DNA of 64,000 bases from an uncultured Gemmatimonadales bacterium (GCA_963798915.1 CAWCVB010000002.1:544001-608000), one strand, 5' to 3'. Shown: positions 47,980-57,948, counted from the first letter of the stretch. The notes: generated by a model from the letters alone, not told the origin. A program made the numbers and translations.

Positions 47980-48290
47980 CCGACCTCACCCTCGGCGGTT
48001 ATATGGCCACGCACGAACGGGCGGCCGCCTTCGGCGGCAGCGACGGCGAGGCCTACTCCGTCGGCGTGGTGGTGGATGACGAGCCGGACGAACGTGGACG
48101 CTACCCGGCGAGCCTGCTGTTTGTCCGCTGGTCGCGCGCGGGCGACCGCCCGGTCGGCCACGTGGAAACGCCGGCCCTCGCATGGGGCCGAAGCGGTGCC
48201 GAGGCGGAGGAGCGCATCAAGGCGCTGTCGCTGTTTGACGTGAAGGCGGCCCTCGATGAGGCCATTGCGGCGGCGCCGGACGAATGGTGA
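47976..48290 (+). CDS. Hypothetical protein
   Basis: GTGA overlap with the upstream gene and overlap with the rsgA start. Protein-like composition. Confidence 0.7.
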   Translation: MTDLTLGGYMATHERAAAFGGSDGEAYSVGVVVDDEPDERGRYPASLLFVRWSRAGDRPVGHVETPALAWGRSGAEAEERIKALSLFDVKAALDEAIAAAPDEW

Positions 48291-49183
48291 CCGGTACGGT
48301 ACTCGAGCGGGACGGCGCCCACTATCGCGTGCTCACCGCCGAGGGTGAACGGCGTGCCGTGCTCAGGAAGAAGGTGAAGCGCGAGGAGTTCCGGGTCGTG
48401 GTGGGTGACCTTGTCCGGCTGGAGCCTGAAGCCGGTGGGGAACTGTTCGGCATCACCGCGGTCGAGCCGCGGCGCAGCGTGCTCGAACGGCGGGTGCCCG
48501 AGGGCCGGGGTACCCGCATCGTCGTCGCCAACCTGGATGAGGTGTTCGTGGTGACGGCCACGATCGATCCCGCCCCCCTGCTACAGCTCCTCGATCGGCT
48601 GCTGGTGGTGGCGGAAGCCAACGAGATCGAGGCCGCGGTCATTGTGAACAAGAGCGACCAGTCTTCCGCCACCCCGCTGAAGGAGCGGTTCCGCAGCGCC
48701 GGCTATCCGGTGATCGTGACCAGCGTGGTCAGCGGGGAGGGCATGGACCAGTTTGCTGGGGCCCTCCGAGGCCACACGGCGGTGGTCACCGGACCATCCG
48801 GGGTCGGAAAGTCCAGTCTGCTCAACGCCGTCGAGCCGGGCCTGGGCCTGCGGACGGGCGAAATCAGCCGCAAGGTGCGCCGCGGCACCAACACGACTGT
48901 CGGTGCGGTCATGATCCCGCTGCGACATGGCGGATTTCTGGTGGATACACCGGGCTTCAGCGACGTCGGGCTCTGGGGCATCGACCCGGCTGAGCTGGCG
49001 TCATGCTTTCCCGAAATGCGGCCCCTGCTGGGCGAATGCCGGTTCCAGGATTGCCGGCATCGCACCGAGCCGGGCTGCGCCATCCGCGGCGCCGTGGCCA
49101 ACGGTGCCATCGCCGCCGACCGTCTGGAGAGTTATCACGTGCTCCTGAATGAACTGGAGTGCGCGCCCCGCGACTGGGAGTAG
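48284..49183 (+). CDS. rsgA: Ribosome small subunit-dependent GTPase A
   Basis: NKSD, GPSGVGKSS, DTPG and zinc knuckle CRFQDCRHRTEPGC. Confidence 0.95.
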   Translation: MVTGTVLERDGAHYRVLTAEGERRAVLRKKVKREEFRVVVGDLVRLEPEAGGELFGITAVEPRRSVLERRVPEGRGTRIVVANLDEVFVVTATIDPAPLLQLLDRLLVVAEANEIEAAVIVNKSDQSSATPLKERFRSAGYPVIVTSVVSGEGMDQFAGALRGHTAVVTGPSGVGKSSLLNAVEPGLGLRTGEISRKVRRGTNTTVGAVMIPLRHGGFLVDTPGFSDVGLWGIDPAELASCFPEMRPLLGECRFQDCRHRTEPGCAIRGAVANGAIAADRLESYHVLLNELECAPRDWE

Positions 49184-49185
49184 GC

Positions 49186-49503
49186 CTAGGCTTTCGGGGT
49201 CCACCGCGCGGCGTCCCGCTGCTCCACTTTTCCCATCATCCGCTCGAACGCGTCGTCCAGGTCGATGCCCTCTCGATTGGCCATGCAGATGATGACAAAG
49301 AGGATATCCGCCATTTCCATGGCGAGGTCGCCTTGGGGTTCCTCCGGCTTTCGGGTCTTCTGGCCAAAACGATGGTTGACTTCCCGCGCCAGTTCGCCGG
49401 TCTCCTCGGCCAACCGGGCCATGTTGGTGAGCGGGTGGAAGTAGCCCTCTTCAAACTGACTGATCCAGCGGTCAACGCGCGCTTGCAGGTGAGCTAGGGG
49501 CAT
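49186..49503 (-). CDS. MazG-like nucleotide pyrophosphohydrolase (YpjD-like)
   Basis: ARLAEETGELAREVNH...EMADILF. Confidence 0.9.
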   Translation of the reverse strand: MPLAHLQARVDRWISQFEEGYFHPLTNMARLAEETGELAREVNHRFGQKTRKPEEPQGDLAMEMADILFVIICMANREGIDLDDAFERMMGKVEQRDAARWTPKA

Positions 49504-49523
49504 GGGGTCCGGGCTGGGGTGGG

Positions 49524-49560
49524 GGCTGAGGGCTGAAGGCTGAAAGCTGTACGCTGAAAG
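49524..49560 (+). repeat. Heptamer array (GGCTGAA), 16-bp direct repeat with 51704-51719
   Basis: GGCTGAAGGCTGAAAG at 49531-49546 and 51704-51719. Confidence 0.8.
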
Positions 49561-49572
49561 CAGGTGCTGCAC

Positions 49573-50256
49573 TCAGGACCATCGGGCGGCCCACTCGCGC
49601 TGTGCCCGGTCGTCGCCTTTCCCGGCGACGGCCGGGTTGAGGCGCTCGATGATCGCGGCGAAGCCAAGGCTTTCGGGATCGAGTTTGAGATAGCCGCTCA
49701 CCACGCCGATGACCCGGAATCCCCGCCGCAGCTGAAAGCTCAGGGTCGGGTCGAAGCGCTCTTTCCGGATCACCGCGCGAACGTACTGCCGAGCGTCCAT
49801 GACGTGCGCGACCTTGTGATAGCCCCGGAGCCGCGACCCGGCCCGGATCCGGAGCAATCCCAGGCGGGTTACCAGGTGCCAGCGGGCGTCGTAGAGTTGC
49901 GAGCCGACACCCTTTCCGCGCCAGTCGGGCGCCACCATGACTTCGGCGCCATAGAGCGTGCGACCGGATTCCGGGTCATGATTGCGGAATGTGCCGCCTT
50001 CGGTGAAGTCCCGCCAGGCGTCATGAATATCGTAGTCGTCCCACAGTACGATCAGGCTTGCTGCCATGCCGATCACAGCGCCGTCGCCAGCTGCGTCCGT
50101 CACGGCAACCATCTGCCCCTCGGGAAAGACCTCGAGATGCGACGCGAGCAGCTCTTCCCGCCATGCGGCAGCCGTCCCGTAGATGTCCCGCGAAAGCCGC
50201 ACGATGCCGGGAAAATCCTCCGGCCGTGTCGCACGCACCTCGACACCACGCCTCAC
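49573..50256 (-). CDS. GNAT N-acetyltransferase
   Basis: VAPDWRGKGVG acetyl-CoA motif, FPEGQ and DPTLSFQL. Confidence 0.88.
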   Translation of the reverse strand: MRRGVEVRATRPEDFPGIVRLSRDIYGTAAAWREELLASHLEVFPEGQMVAVTDAAGDGAVIGMAASLIVLWDDYDIHDAWRDFTEGGTFRNHDPESGRTLYGAEVMVAPDWRGKGVGSQLYDARWHLVTRLGLLRIRAGSRLRGYHKVAHVMDARQYVRAVIRKERFDPTLSFQLRRGFRVIGVVSGYLKLDPESLGFAAIIERLNPAVAGKGDDRAQREWAARWS

Positions 50257-51164
50257 AGCGCCTGCACTTCAATTGAAGCGAGTACATCCTTGGTCGAGGC
50301 GCTGTCCCGCAGCGGGAGGACCGTTCCGGTGCGGCGCGCCTCGCGCAGCACGCCCAGGTTGATGTCGCCGATCACCATCATCTCCTGGTTGACGGTACCC
50401 TCGGCCAGGATGCCATCGCGCGCAAAACCAAAGTCGCTCGGCGTCAGGATGGCGGCCTGCCCGTAGTTGAGGTGCACGGCCGGCACCATGGGGATCGAGC
50501 CGACGGTGGACGACGTCACCACGAAGAGCTGGTTCTCCACGGCGCGGGCGTGCGCGCAGTACCGCACCCGCAGGAACCCTTGCCGGTCATCGGTGCAGCT
50601 GGGCGCTACCAGCAGGTCGGCGCCGGACATCGCGGCGGCGCGCCCAATCTCAGGGAACTCGACATCGTAGCAGATGGCCACGGCAAAGCGGCCGAAATCG
50701 GCCTCGAAAATGTGCAACCCGCGCGATGGCGAGATGCCCCATTCTTCCGTCTCGAACCGGGTCAGGTGGAGCTTGCCCTGCTGACCCATCGAGCCCGATG
50801 GACCGAAGAGATGGCAGATATTGCGCACCGCGCCATCGCCCTCGTCGATCACGGGAACCGTGCCACCAACGATGTACACGCCATGCTCCCGGGCCAGGCT
50901 TCCCAGCAGCTGCACCACCCTGGGCGCCTGGCGCGCAAGATCCCGGACCTGCTCCATGACCGGCCGCTTGACATCTCCCAGCGTGAGGAGCTGGACGGTG
51001 AAATATTCGGGGAAGACCAGCAGGTGCGCCCGATAGTCGGCGGCGGTCTCCACCAGCGCCCGCACCTGGTCGGCGAAGGCCTCGAAGGTGAGCACCGGGC
51101 GAATGAAGTACTGGAATGTGGCGATGCGCAGCGGCCGGATTGGCTGGGGTTCCGGCGCGGTCAC
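50253..51164 (-). CDS. Carbon-nitrogen hydrolase (nitrilase superfamily)
   Basis: Catalytic triad FPEY (Glu), GKLH (Lys), ICYD (Cys), plus RAVENQ. Confidence 0.92.
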   Translation of the reverse strand: MTAPEPQPIRPLRIATFQYFIRPVLTFEAFADQVRALVETAADYRAHLLVFPEYFTVQLLTLGDVKRPVMEQVRDLARQAPRVVQLLGSLAREHGVYIVGGTVPVIDEGDGAVRNICHLFGPSGSMGQQGKLHLTRFETEEWGISPSRGLHIFEADFGRFAVAICYDVEFPEIGRAAAMSGADLLVAPSCTDDRQGFLRVRYCAHARAVENQLFVVTSSTVGSIPMVPAVHLNYGQAAILTPSDFGFARDGILAEGTVNQEMMVIGDINLGVLREARRTGTVLPLRDSASTKDVLASIEVQAL

Positions 51165-51682
51165 TGCCGCTCCAGCAGCTGGAGCAGCGCACGCATGAAA
51201 TCCGGCAGGTCACCCGGATTCCGGGACGTGACCAGGTTGCCGTCCACCACCACGCTGCGGTCTTCCCACTGCATGCCGGCGTTGACCAGGTCGTCCTTGA
51301 TGGCGTTGACACTGGTTCCGCGCCTGCCCTTGACGATCCGCGCGGAAATCGGGACCCATCCAGCGTGGCAAATGAATGCCACCGGCTTGCCCGCGTGGAA
51401 AATGTCACGGGTGAGCGACAGCACCTGCTCGCTGCGGCGCAGCTTGTCCGGCGCAAATCCGCCCGGAATGACCAGGCCATCGAACTGGTCGGCACTGATG
51501 GCGTCCACCGTGACGTCGGGCGTGCAAGGATATCCGTGCTTGCCCCGCACCTCATCCATGGTCAGGCCGGCAATGACGGTACGGGCACCGGCCTCATCCA
51601 GCCGGATCTTGGGATACCAGAGCTCCAGGTCTTCGTAGAGCGGGGCGGTGAACAGCAGGATGGTCTTGGTGGTCAGGGGCAT
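51161..51682 (-). CDS. PfpI/DJ-1 family protein
   Basis: YEDLE, IPGG, AFICHAG and VVDGNLVTSR. Confidence 0.92.
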   Translation of the reverse strand: MPLTTKTILLFTAPLYEDLELWYPKIRLDEAGARTVIAGLTMDEVRGKHGYPCTPDVTVDAISADQFDGLVIPGGFAPDKLRRSEQVLSLTRDIFHAGKPVAFICHAGWVPISARIVKGRRGTSVNAIKDDLVNAGMQWEDRSVVVDGNLVTSRNPGDLPDFMRALLQLLERQ

Positions 51683-51703
51683 GAATGCAGCTTCCTGCGT
51701 GGA

Positions 51704-51865
51704 GGCTGAAGGCTGAAAGGGTCGAGGGTCGAGGGTCGAGCGTCGAGGGTCGAGCGTCGACGGCGTCGAGAAGAGGTGTCACCCTGAGGCTCAGGGCGAC
51801 ACACCACGAGCTTCGCCCCGTCTTCCCGTCTTCCCGCCACTTCCCACTTCCCACTTCCCACTTCC
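51704..51865. repeat. Stacked repeat cluster: GGCTGAA and GGTCGAG arrays, TGTC-tagged hairpin, GTCTTCCC + CCACTTC arrays
   Basis: GTGTCACCCTGAGGCTCAGGGCGACAC hairpin at 51776-51802. 51820-51865 is the reverse complement of 40426-40475 apart from a 5-nt indel. Confidence 0.88.
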
Positions 51866-51934
51866 AACAGTAACCTACGTCATCCCGGAACGGACAACAG
51901 GCCCGCCCGGCCCTCTTCCCATGCCAATCACGCA

Positions 51935-52177
51935 ATGCGACCACGCGACCGAATCCTCGCGAATCTCGAGTCCATCTATCGTGAGTCATACGATCAGGCC
52001 AAGGCCGCCGAGGCCGAAACCCGGATGACTGACCTTGATAACGCGTTCCAGCGGGATCAGCTGATGCTGGAAATCCTGCTGGATATTCGCGACCTCTTTG
52101 CCGTGGCGCCGGCCGCCTCTGGTGGCAGCGCGCTCGAACGGCTCGAAGCGCTTCGCAAGCTGACTCGACTTCGCTGA
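51935..52177 (+). CDS. Small helical hypothetical protein
   Basis: 80 aa, amphipathic, 11 nt upstream of the amidohydrolase. Confidence 0.7.
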   Translation: MRPRDRILANLESIYRESYDQAKAAEAETRMTDLDNAFQRDQLMLEILLDIRDLFAVAPAASGGSALERLEALRKLTRLR

Positions 52178-52188
52178 AAGGCCGACAG

Positions 52189-53874
52189 ATGTTCCGACCT
52201 GCATCGCTACTGCTGGCGCTGGCGCTGGCGGGCTGCAACCCGTCGCCCGAATCCCGCGGCACACTTCTCCCGCCTGCGACGGCCGATGTGGTGGTGTACG
52301 GCCGCATCTGGACTGGCGACACCGCGGCACCCTGGGCCGGCGCCGTCGCAATCGTTGGTGACACCGTGGCGGCGGTGGGCGACAGCGCATCGCTCGGACC
52401 TTGGATCGACTCATCCACGACGGTGCTGAACAACGGTCGGGCCATGGTGACACCCGGCCTGATGGACGACCACACGCACTTTTCCTCTGGTGGATTCCAG
52501 TTGGCCAGCGTCGACCTGCGTGACGCCGCCTCGCCGGCCGAGTTCATCCAGCGGATCAAGGCGTACGCCGGGACACTCAAGCCGGGCGAATGGATTACGG
52601 GGGGCGACTGGGATCACGAGCGCTGGGCCAATGCGCCGCTCCCCCGGCGCGAGTGGATTGATTCGGTCACGCCCCGGAATCCAGTCTTCGTCAATCGGCT
52701 CGATGGGCATATGGGCCTGGCAAACAGTCTCGCGCTGGCCGCGGCACACATCACGGCGGCGACCCCGGATCGAGCGGGCGGCACCATTGTCCGGGACGCC
52801 AATCGGCGGCCCACCGGCATCCTCAAGGATGGTGCGCAGGACCCGGTCTATGAGGCGATGCCCGCGCCCACCCCCGACCAGGTCGATTCCGCCATGGTCC
52901 GGGCAACCAACTGGGCGGCCTCCAAGGGGGTGACCGGCGTCTCCGCAGTGTCCGCGCCCTGGTACGAGATTGCCTCGGCCCGGCGGCTTCGGAAGGCCGG
53001 CCTGCTCAAGACACGCATCAGCTTCTATCCCGCCCTCGCATCCTGGCGCCAGGTGGCGGAATCGGTGCAGGCCAACGGACCCGGCGATGACTGGATTCGC
53101 GTGGCAGGAGTGAAGGGGTTCGTGGACGGCTCCCTGGGTTCGGGCACTGCGCTGTTCTTCGAGCCCTACGCCGATGACCCCTCCACGTTTGGCCTGCTGG
53201 TCACGCCGGAAGACTCCCTGCGCCGATGGATTGGCGCCGCCGACAGCGCCGGGCTCCAGGTCGTGGTCCACGCAATCGGCGAGCGCGCCAACGCGCTGAT
53301 ACTGGATATCTACGACAGCGTGATGCAGGCCCACGGCCAGCGCGACCGGCGCTTCCGGGTGGAGCACGCCCAGCACTTGCGCCCGGCGGACGTCCCGCGC
53401 TTCGCGCGCCTGGGCGTGATCGCCTCGATGCAGCCCTACCATGCCGCCGATGACGGCCGCTGGGCCGTCAAGCGCCTGGGGCCCGATCGGGTGAGCCACA
53501 GCTATGTGTTCCGCTCGCTGCTCGATAGCGGCGCCCGGCTTGCCTTTGGATCGGACTGGAGTGTCGCGCCGCTGGATCCGCTGCTGGGGATCGCCGCTGC
53601 CGTCACGAGGCAGACGCTGGACGGCAAGAATCCTGGCGGGTGGTTGCCGGAGCAGAAGATCAGCATTGATGAAGCACTCCGCGCCTACTCGGTCGATGAT
53701 GCCTACGCCATGTTCGCCGAAGGCACCCGCGGCATGCTCAAGCCCGGCTACAAGGCGGACCTGGTCCTGCTTGACCGCGACCTGACAACAATCCGGCCCG
53801 ACGAACTCTGGACAGCCAAGGTCCATGCGACCATGGTGGGTGGGAGGATCGTCTATCAGCAGGATTCGCGCTGA
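52189..53874 (+). CDS. Amidohydrolase (YtcJ/Amidohydro_3 type), lipoprotein
   Basis: Lipobox LAGC, DDHTH, KGFVDGSLG, HAIGE, RVEHAQ and FGSDW. Confidence 0.92.
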   Translation: MFRPASLLLALALAGCNPSPESRGTLLPPATADVVVYGRIWTGDTAAPWAGAVAIVGDTVAAVGDSASLGPWIDSSTTVLNNGRAMVTPGLMDDHTHFSSGGFQLASVDLRDAASPAEFIQRIKAYAGTLKPGEWITGGDWDHERWANAPLPRREWIDSVTPRNPVFVNRLDGHMGLANSLALAAAHITAATPDRAGGTIVRDANRRPTGILKDGAQDPVYEAMPAPTPDQVDSAMVRATNWAASKGVTGVSAVSAPWYEIASARRLRKAGLLKTRISFYPALASWRQVAESVQANGPGDDWIRVAGVKGFVDGSLGSGTALFFEPYADDPSTFGLLVTPEDSLRRWIGAADSAGLQVVVHAIGERANALILDIYDSVMQAHGQRDRRFRVEHAQHLRPADVPRFARLGVIASMQPYHAADDGRWAVKRLGPDRVSHSYVFRSLLDSGARLAFGSDWSVAPLDPLLGIAAAVTRQTLDGKNPGGWLPEQKISIDEALRAYSVDDAYAMFAEGTRGMLKPGYKADLVLLDRDLTTIRPDELWTAKVHATMVGGRIVYQQDSR

Positions 53875-54938
53875 TGCGATTCCGCCGGCTGCTTCCGGCG
53901 CTGTCCGTCTTGCTCACGGCGTCAACGCTCCAGGCCCAGCAGGCCGACTCGGCCGCCGCCGAAGCAGCACCCGACTCGCTGGATGCGGAGGTGCAGTACC
54001 GGCGGGCCCTCAAGGCCTGGGACGCCGGGAAGCTTGACGAGGCAGACAGTCTCCTGCGCCTGGCAGTCCTGATCGAACCCCACTATGCCGAGGCCAATCT
54101 CGCGTTGGGATATCTCCCGCTCGAGCGCTACCCCAAGCTGCGCGAATGGGAGGAAAAGGACCGGGTGCCCGACAACCTCGCCTCGGTGGTCGAGGAATCC
54201 GACCGGCGTATCCGCCTGGCGGTACTGGTTGATCCGTTCGTTGGTTCCGGACGATCGCCCTTCGTCTTCCTGCCGGCCTGGGCCATGAAGAATTTCACGC
54301 CCAAGGAGCGGGAGAAGCTGCCGACCTGGTTCTTCTACTGGCGCGGCCTCAGGTTTGCCCGCGGCAGCGATTACGCAACCGCGCTGGGCGACCTCCGTGA
54401 GGTGCTTGACCGGCTCGGCCATGCCAGTGAACGCACCCCCACCAATGCCCTGCTGCCACTGGTGGCCAATGAGATCCGCTATATCATGGCGGTCATCGAA
54501 CTGAAGGCCGGGCGCACCGTTGATGCCCGGAAGCAGTTCGAGCAGGTGCTGGCGCAGGATCTCGGGATGTACATGGCGCACGTCAAGCTGGCCGAGCTGC
54601 ACGAGCGGAATGGCGCATGGAATGCAGCGTTGCGGGAACGGCAGCGTGCCGTGGAGACCAATCCGGACGATCCGGCGCTCTTGTTTGATCTCGCCACCGG
54701 CCTGGCCCGTGCCAACCGCTTTGCCGAGGCCGACAGCGCCGTATCGCGAGCGATCGCGCTCAATCCGCACAACCCCGGCTATGTCTACCTGGCCGCGCGG
54801 GTCCGACTGGAGACAGCCGATTCGGCACGCGCCCTGCAGGGTTTCCAAAAATTCCTGACGATGGCTCCTGCGTCGCTCAAATCGGAACGTAACGAAGCCC
54901 AATCGACGCTGGATCGGCTCGCCCCGGTGGCCCGATAG
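53874..54938 (+). CDS. Secreted TPR protein
   Basis: Signal peptide ending AQQ and several TPR helix pairs. TGATG overlap with the amidohydrolase. Confidence 0.85.
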   Translation: MRFRRLLPALSVLLTASTLQAQQADSAAAEAAPDSLDAEVQYRRALKAWDAGKLDEADSLLRLAVLIEPHYAEANLALGYLPLERYPKLREWEEKDRVPDNLASVVEESDRRIRLAVLVDPFVGSGRSPFVFLPAWAMKNFTPKEREKLPTWFFYWRGLRFARGSDYATALGDLREVLDRLGHASERTPTNALLPLVANEIRYIMAVIELKAGRTVDARKQFEQVLAQDLGMYMAHVKLAELHERNGAWNAALRERQRAVETNPDDPALLFDLATGLARANRFAEADSAVSRAIALNPHNPGYVYLAARVRLETADSARALQGFQKFLTMAPASLKSERNEAQSTLDRLAPVAR

Positions 54939-54994
54939 CCGCTTCGTTTTCGGGCCAAGTCGCCGTGGATTCCCCTGTCGGCTGGAGGAACGAG

Positions 54995-56134
54995 ATGCGG
55001 ACGCTTCCCGTGGTTCTCGCATTTTGCGTCTTCGCTGCGGCGCCCGCCTCCGCCCAGAAGATCAGTCTGGCGGTGTCACTGGATGAGCTGCAAGCGGCTG
55101 CACAACGAGATTCCAACGATGCGGCAGCCCACTACAACCTTGGCATCGGCTACTTCGCCAAGCGTCGCTACGATGACGCCGAGCATGCCTTGCGCGAGGC
55201 TCTCGCCATCGAGCCACGCTTTGCCGATGCGTGGCTCGCGCTGTCGGTGATCCACGACAACGACGACGATTTCTGGAAGCAGATCCGGAAGTCCGATGGA
55301 GACAGCGCTGTCCGCCAGCGGGCGGAAGAGTATGGCCGCTACTACCGACGCGCGTTCCTCATTGATCCGCTGGTGGACATGCGAGTGCTGGCGCCCACCT
55401 GGCGGGTGAGTGGTTCCGGTGATTTCATCAAGGGATTCAAGGCCCTGATGGAGGGACGCTACGACGAGGCCCAGGTCCGGCTCGCCAAGGCGGTGGACTT
55501 CTATGACGGTGCCCTCACGTCCACCGGGGCCGACCGACTCCGCTGGCTCAGTGCCATGGCCTCGGCGCGGGCCGACAAGTCGGATGCGGCCATTGCCACA
55601 CTGCAGGCGCTCATCCAGCACGTCGACGCGCGCAAGGCCAATCCTGACACCACCGACTTCACCGAGCTCGACGGCGCGGAGATGCGGCAGGTGCTTGCGG
55701 CGCTTCGGCAGCGTTCGGGTCAGACCGCTGCGGCCGTCACGCTGTATCAGGAAGTCCTTACCCAGGACATCGGCAACTACATGGCGCACGTCCATCTTGC
55801 CGACATCTACGAGGGCCGCCGCGACTTCACGCGCGCCATCGTGGAGCGTGAGCGCGCGCGCGACACCAACCCCGACGACCCGTCCCTCCTGCTTGACCTG
55901 GGCGTCACGCTGGGCAAGGCCGGCCGGTTTGCCGATGCGGCGCGCGAACTCCGCACCGCGGTGGAGCGCAATCCGCGGGATACGCGCTCGCTCTTCTGGC
56001 TGGGCATGGCCGAGGAGAAGGCCGGTGATGCGACGGCGGCGCGCGACGCCTATACCACCTTCCTCGCCGCGGCGCCCAGCCGGTTTGACCGCCAGATCGC
56101 GCTAGCCAAGCAGCACCTCGGGACACTGCAGTGA
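54995..56134 (+). CDS. Secreted TPR protein, paralog of the upstream TPR gene
   Basis: GGAGG RBS, signal peptide ASA-Q and AHYNLG. Shares QDxGxYMAHV and NPDDP motifs with 53874..54938. Confidence 0.87.
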   Translation: MRTLPVVLAFCVFAAAPASAQKISLAVSLDELQAAAQRDSNDAAAHYNLGIGYFAKRRYDDAEHALREALAIEPRFADAWLALSVIHDNDDDFWKQIRKSDGDSAVRQRAEEYGRYYRRAFLIDPLVDMRVLAPTWRVSGSGDFIKGFKALMEGRYDEAQVRLAKAVDFYDGALTSTGADRLRWLSAMASARADKSDAAIATLQALIQHVDARKANPDTTDFTELDGAEMRQVLAALRQRSGQTAAAVTLYQEVLTQDIGNYMAHVHLADIYEGRRDFTRAIVERERARDTNPDDPSLLLDLGVTLGKAGRFADAARELRTAVERNPRDTRSLFWLGMAEEKAGDATAARDAYTTFLAAAPSRFDRQIALAKQHLGTLQ

Positions 56135-57681
56135 GGGGCGTTGCTGCCGTGCTGCTGGGCCTGGCGCTGCCGGTCACCGTCCAGGCGCAGCAGCAATCCG
56201 AGCCGCCCGCCTATGAGCTGCTGCAGACCTTCTCGGGACTGCTGGGCCAGGTGCGCGCCAATTATGTCGATACCGTGACGACGTCGGAACTCGTCTATGG
56301 TGCGATCGACGGCATGCTGCACAGTCTCGACCCTCACAGCCGCTTCATGCGCCATGCCGACCTCGAAGCGGAGCTGCAGTGGTCCACCGGCGAGCTGAGC
56401 GGGGCCGGTCTGGCCCTGGAAGATGTCGAGGGCGAACCGACCGTGGTCGCCGTCTATCGGGGCAGTGCGGGCGAACGCGCGGGCGTCCAGCCGGGCGACC
56501 GGCTCCGGTGGATCAACGATACCTCGGTCGTGGGGCTCGCCTCGACCCGAATCAATCGCCGGCTGCTTGGCGCCGAGGGCACCAGGGCCAGACTGGGACT
56601 GGCGCGCGGCTCCCGGCTGGAGCCGGACACTTTCAATGTGGCGATCAAGTATCGTCCGCTGGAGCCGCATGCCGTGAGTGACGTGCGCCTCCTGGATGCG
56701 TTCACTGGCTACATCCGGTTCCAGGAATTCTCCGCCAACGCCGGCGACGACGTCGAGAAGGCGTTCGGACAGCTCAGGAAGGACGGCGCACGGCAGGTCA
56801 TCCTGGACCTGCGCGGCAACCCGGGCGGCTACGTGGCCGGGGCGGTGGAAATCGGGGGCAGCCTTCTGCCCAAGGGCACGCTGGTCTTCTCCGCGCGCGG
56901 ACGCCGTAGCACCGACAGCACCGACTTCCGGACCAGGCGGGACGGCAAGTTCCGGGAGGTGCCGCTGATTGTGCTGATCGACGGCGGAACGGCCAGCGCG
57001 GCCGAGGCGCTGGCCGCCTCGCTGCAGGACCATGACCGGGCCCTGCTCATGGGACGGCGCAGCTTCGGCAAGGCGCTGATCCAGCAGCTCCTGCCAGTGC
57101 CGCCTAATGGCGATGGGGTCTGGCTCACGGTCGGCTACGTGGTGACGCCGAGCGGCCGAGTGATCCAGCGCCGCTACAAGGGGCTCGATGTGGGGCAGTA
57201 TTACTCGCTGCGTGCCGGCGATCCCGGTGATACGACGAAGGTGTTTCACACCGACGCAGGGCGGGAAGTTCGAGGTGGCGGCGGGATTGCGCCTGACATC
57301 GTCCTGCCAGAGCAGGAAGACGCGCCGGTCTGGTGGAGCCTGGCCGCCGACAGCAGTTTCGCCGTCGCCGTGGCCGACAGCGTGGCGCCCCTGCTCGGCA
57401 CCGATGACGCCGCCCGTGCGGCATGGATGAGTGATACCCTCGCATGGCGCACGCGGCTGCTGGTGCCGTTCATGGCGCGGGTGCACAGTCACCTGCACGT
57501 CTCTGGCCAGGTCTCGCCGGGTGTGGAAAATCAGATCATGCGTCGCCTGGCCTCACGCGCGGCGGAGGTGCGGTGGGGCGTGGATGCGCGCGATGAGCTC
57601 CTGGCCCGAAGCGATGCAGATGTACGGGCAGCAATGGGGGCCTTTGACAAGGCAAGGGCGTTGGGCGGTCGCGGGTCATGA
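56131..57681 (+). CDS. S41 family C-terminal processing protease (PDZ + peptidase)
   Basis: LDPHS, PDZ domain, DLRGNPGG, TASAAE (Ser) and SFGK (Lys). GTGA overlap with the TPR gene. Confidence 0.92.
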   Translation: MRGVAAVLLGLALPVTVQAQQQSEPPAYELLQTFSGLLGQVRANYVDTVTTSELVYGAIDGMLHSLDPHSRFMRHADLEAELQWSTGELSGAGLALEDVEGEPTVVAVYRGSAGERAGVQPGDRLRWINDTSVVGLASTRINRRLLGAEGTRARLGLARGSRLEPDTFNVAIKYRPLEPHAVSDVRLLDAFTGYIRFQEFSANAGDDVEKAFGQLRKDGARQVILDLRGNPGGYVAGAVEIGGSLLPKGTLVFSARGRRSTDSTDFRTRRDGKFREVPLIVLIDGGTASAAEALAASLQDHDRALLMGRRSFGKALIQQLLPVPPNGDGVWLTVGYVVTPSGRVIQRRYKGLDVGQYYSLRAGDPGDTTKVFHTDAGREVRGGGGIAPDIVLPEQEDAPVWWSLAADSSFAVAVADSVAPLLGTDDAARAAWMSDTLAWRTRLLVPFMARVHSHLHVSGQVSPGVENQIMRRLASRAAEVRWGVDARDELLARSDADVRAAMGAFDKARALGGRGS

Positions 57682-57842
57682 GTCGCGGGTTATCGGTCGT
57701 CGAGAGGTCGAGCGAAGATAGCGTGCGCGCAGCGGGCTCGCGCCCCATCCCGCATTCATGAATGGGCTTCCTCCCCGCCTGTCTGCCTTAGTATCCGCCT
57801 TCCCCCAACCCCCACTTTGCTGCATCTTTCCCATTGGCGACA

Positions 57843-57869
57843 CTCTGCGTCCTCTGCGTCCTCTGCGTC
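57843..57869 (+). repeat. 9-mer tandem array (CTCTGCGTC)x3
   Basis: Seen directly, upstream of the E1 gene. Confidence 0.88.
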
Positions 57870-57948
57870 TCCGCGGTGGATTCCAGGTAGGGTGGGCGCC
57901 CGGACGCTTCATCCGCAATGTGCGGACTTCTCCATGGACAGGAACACG

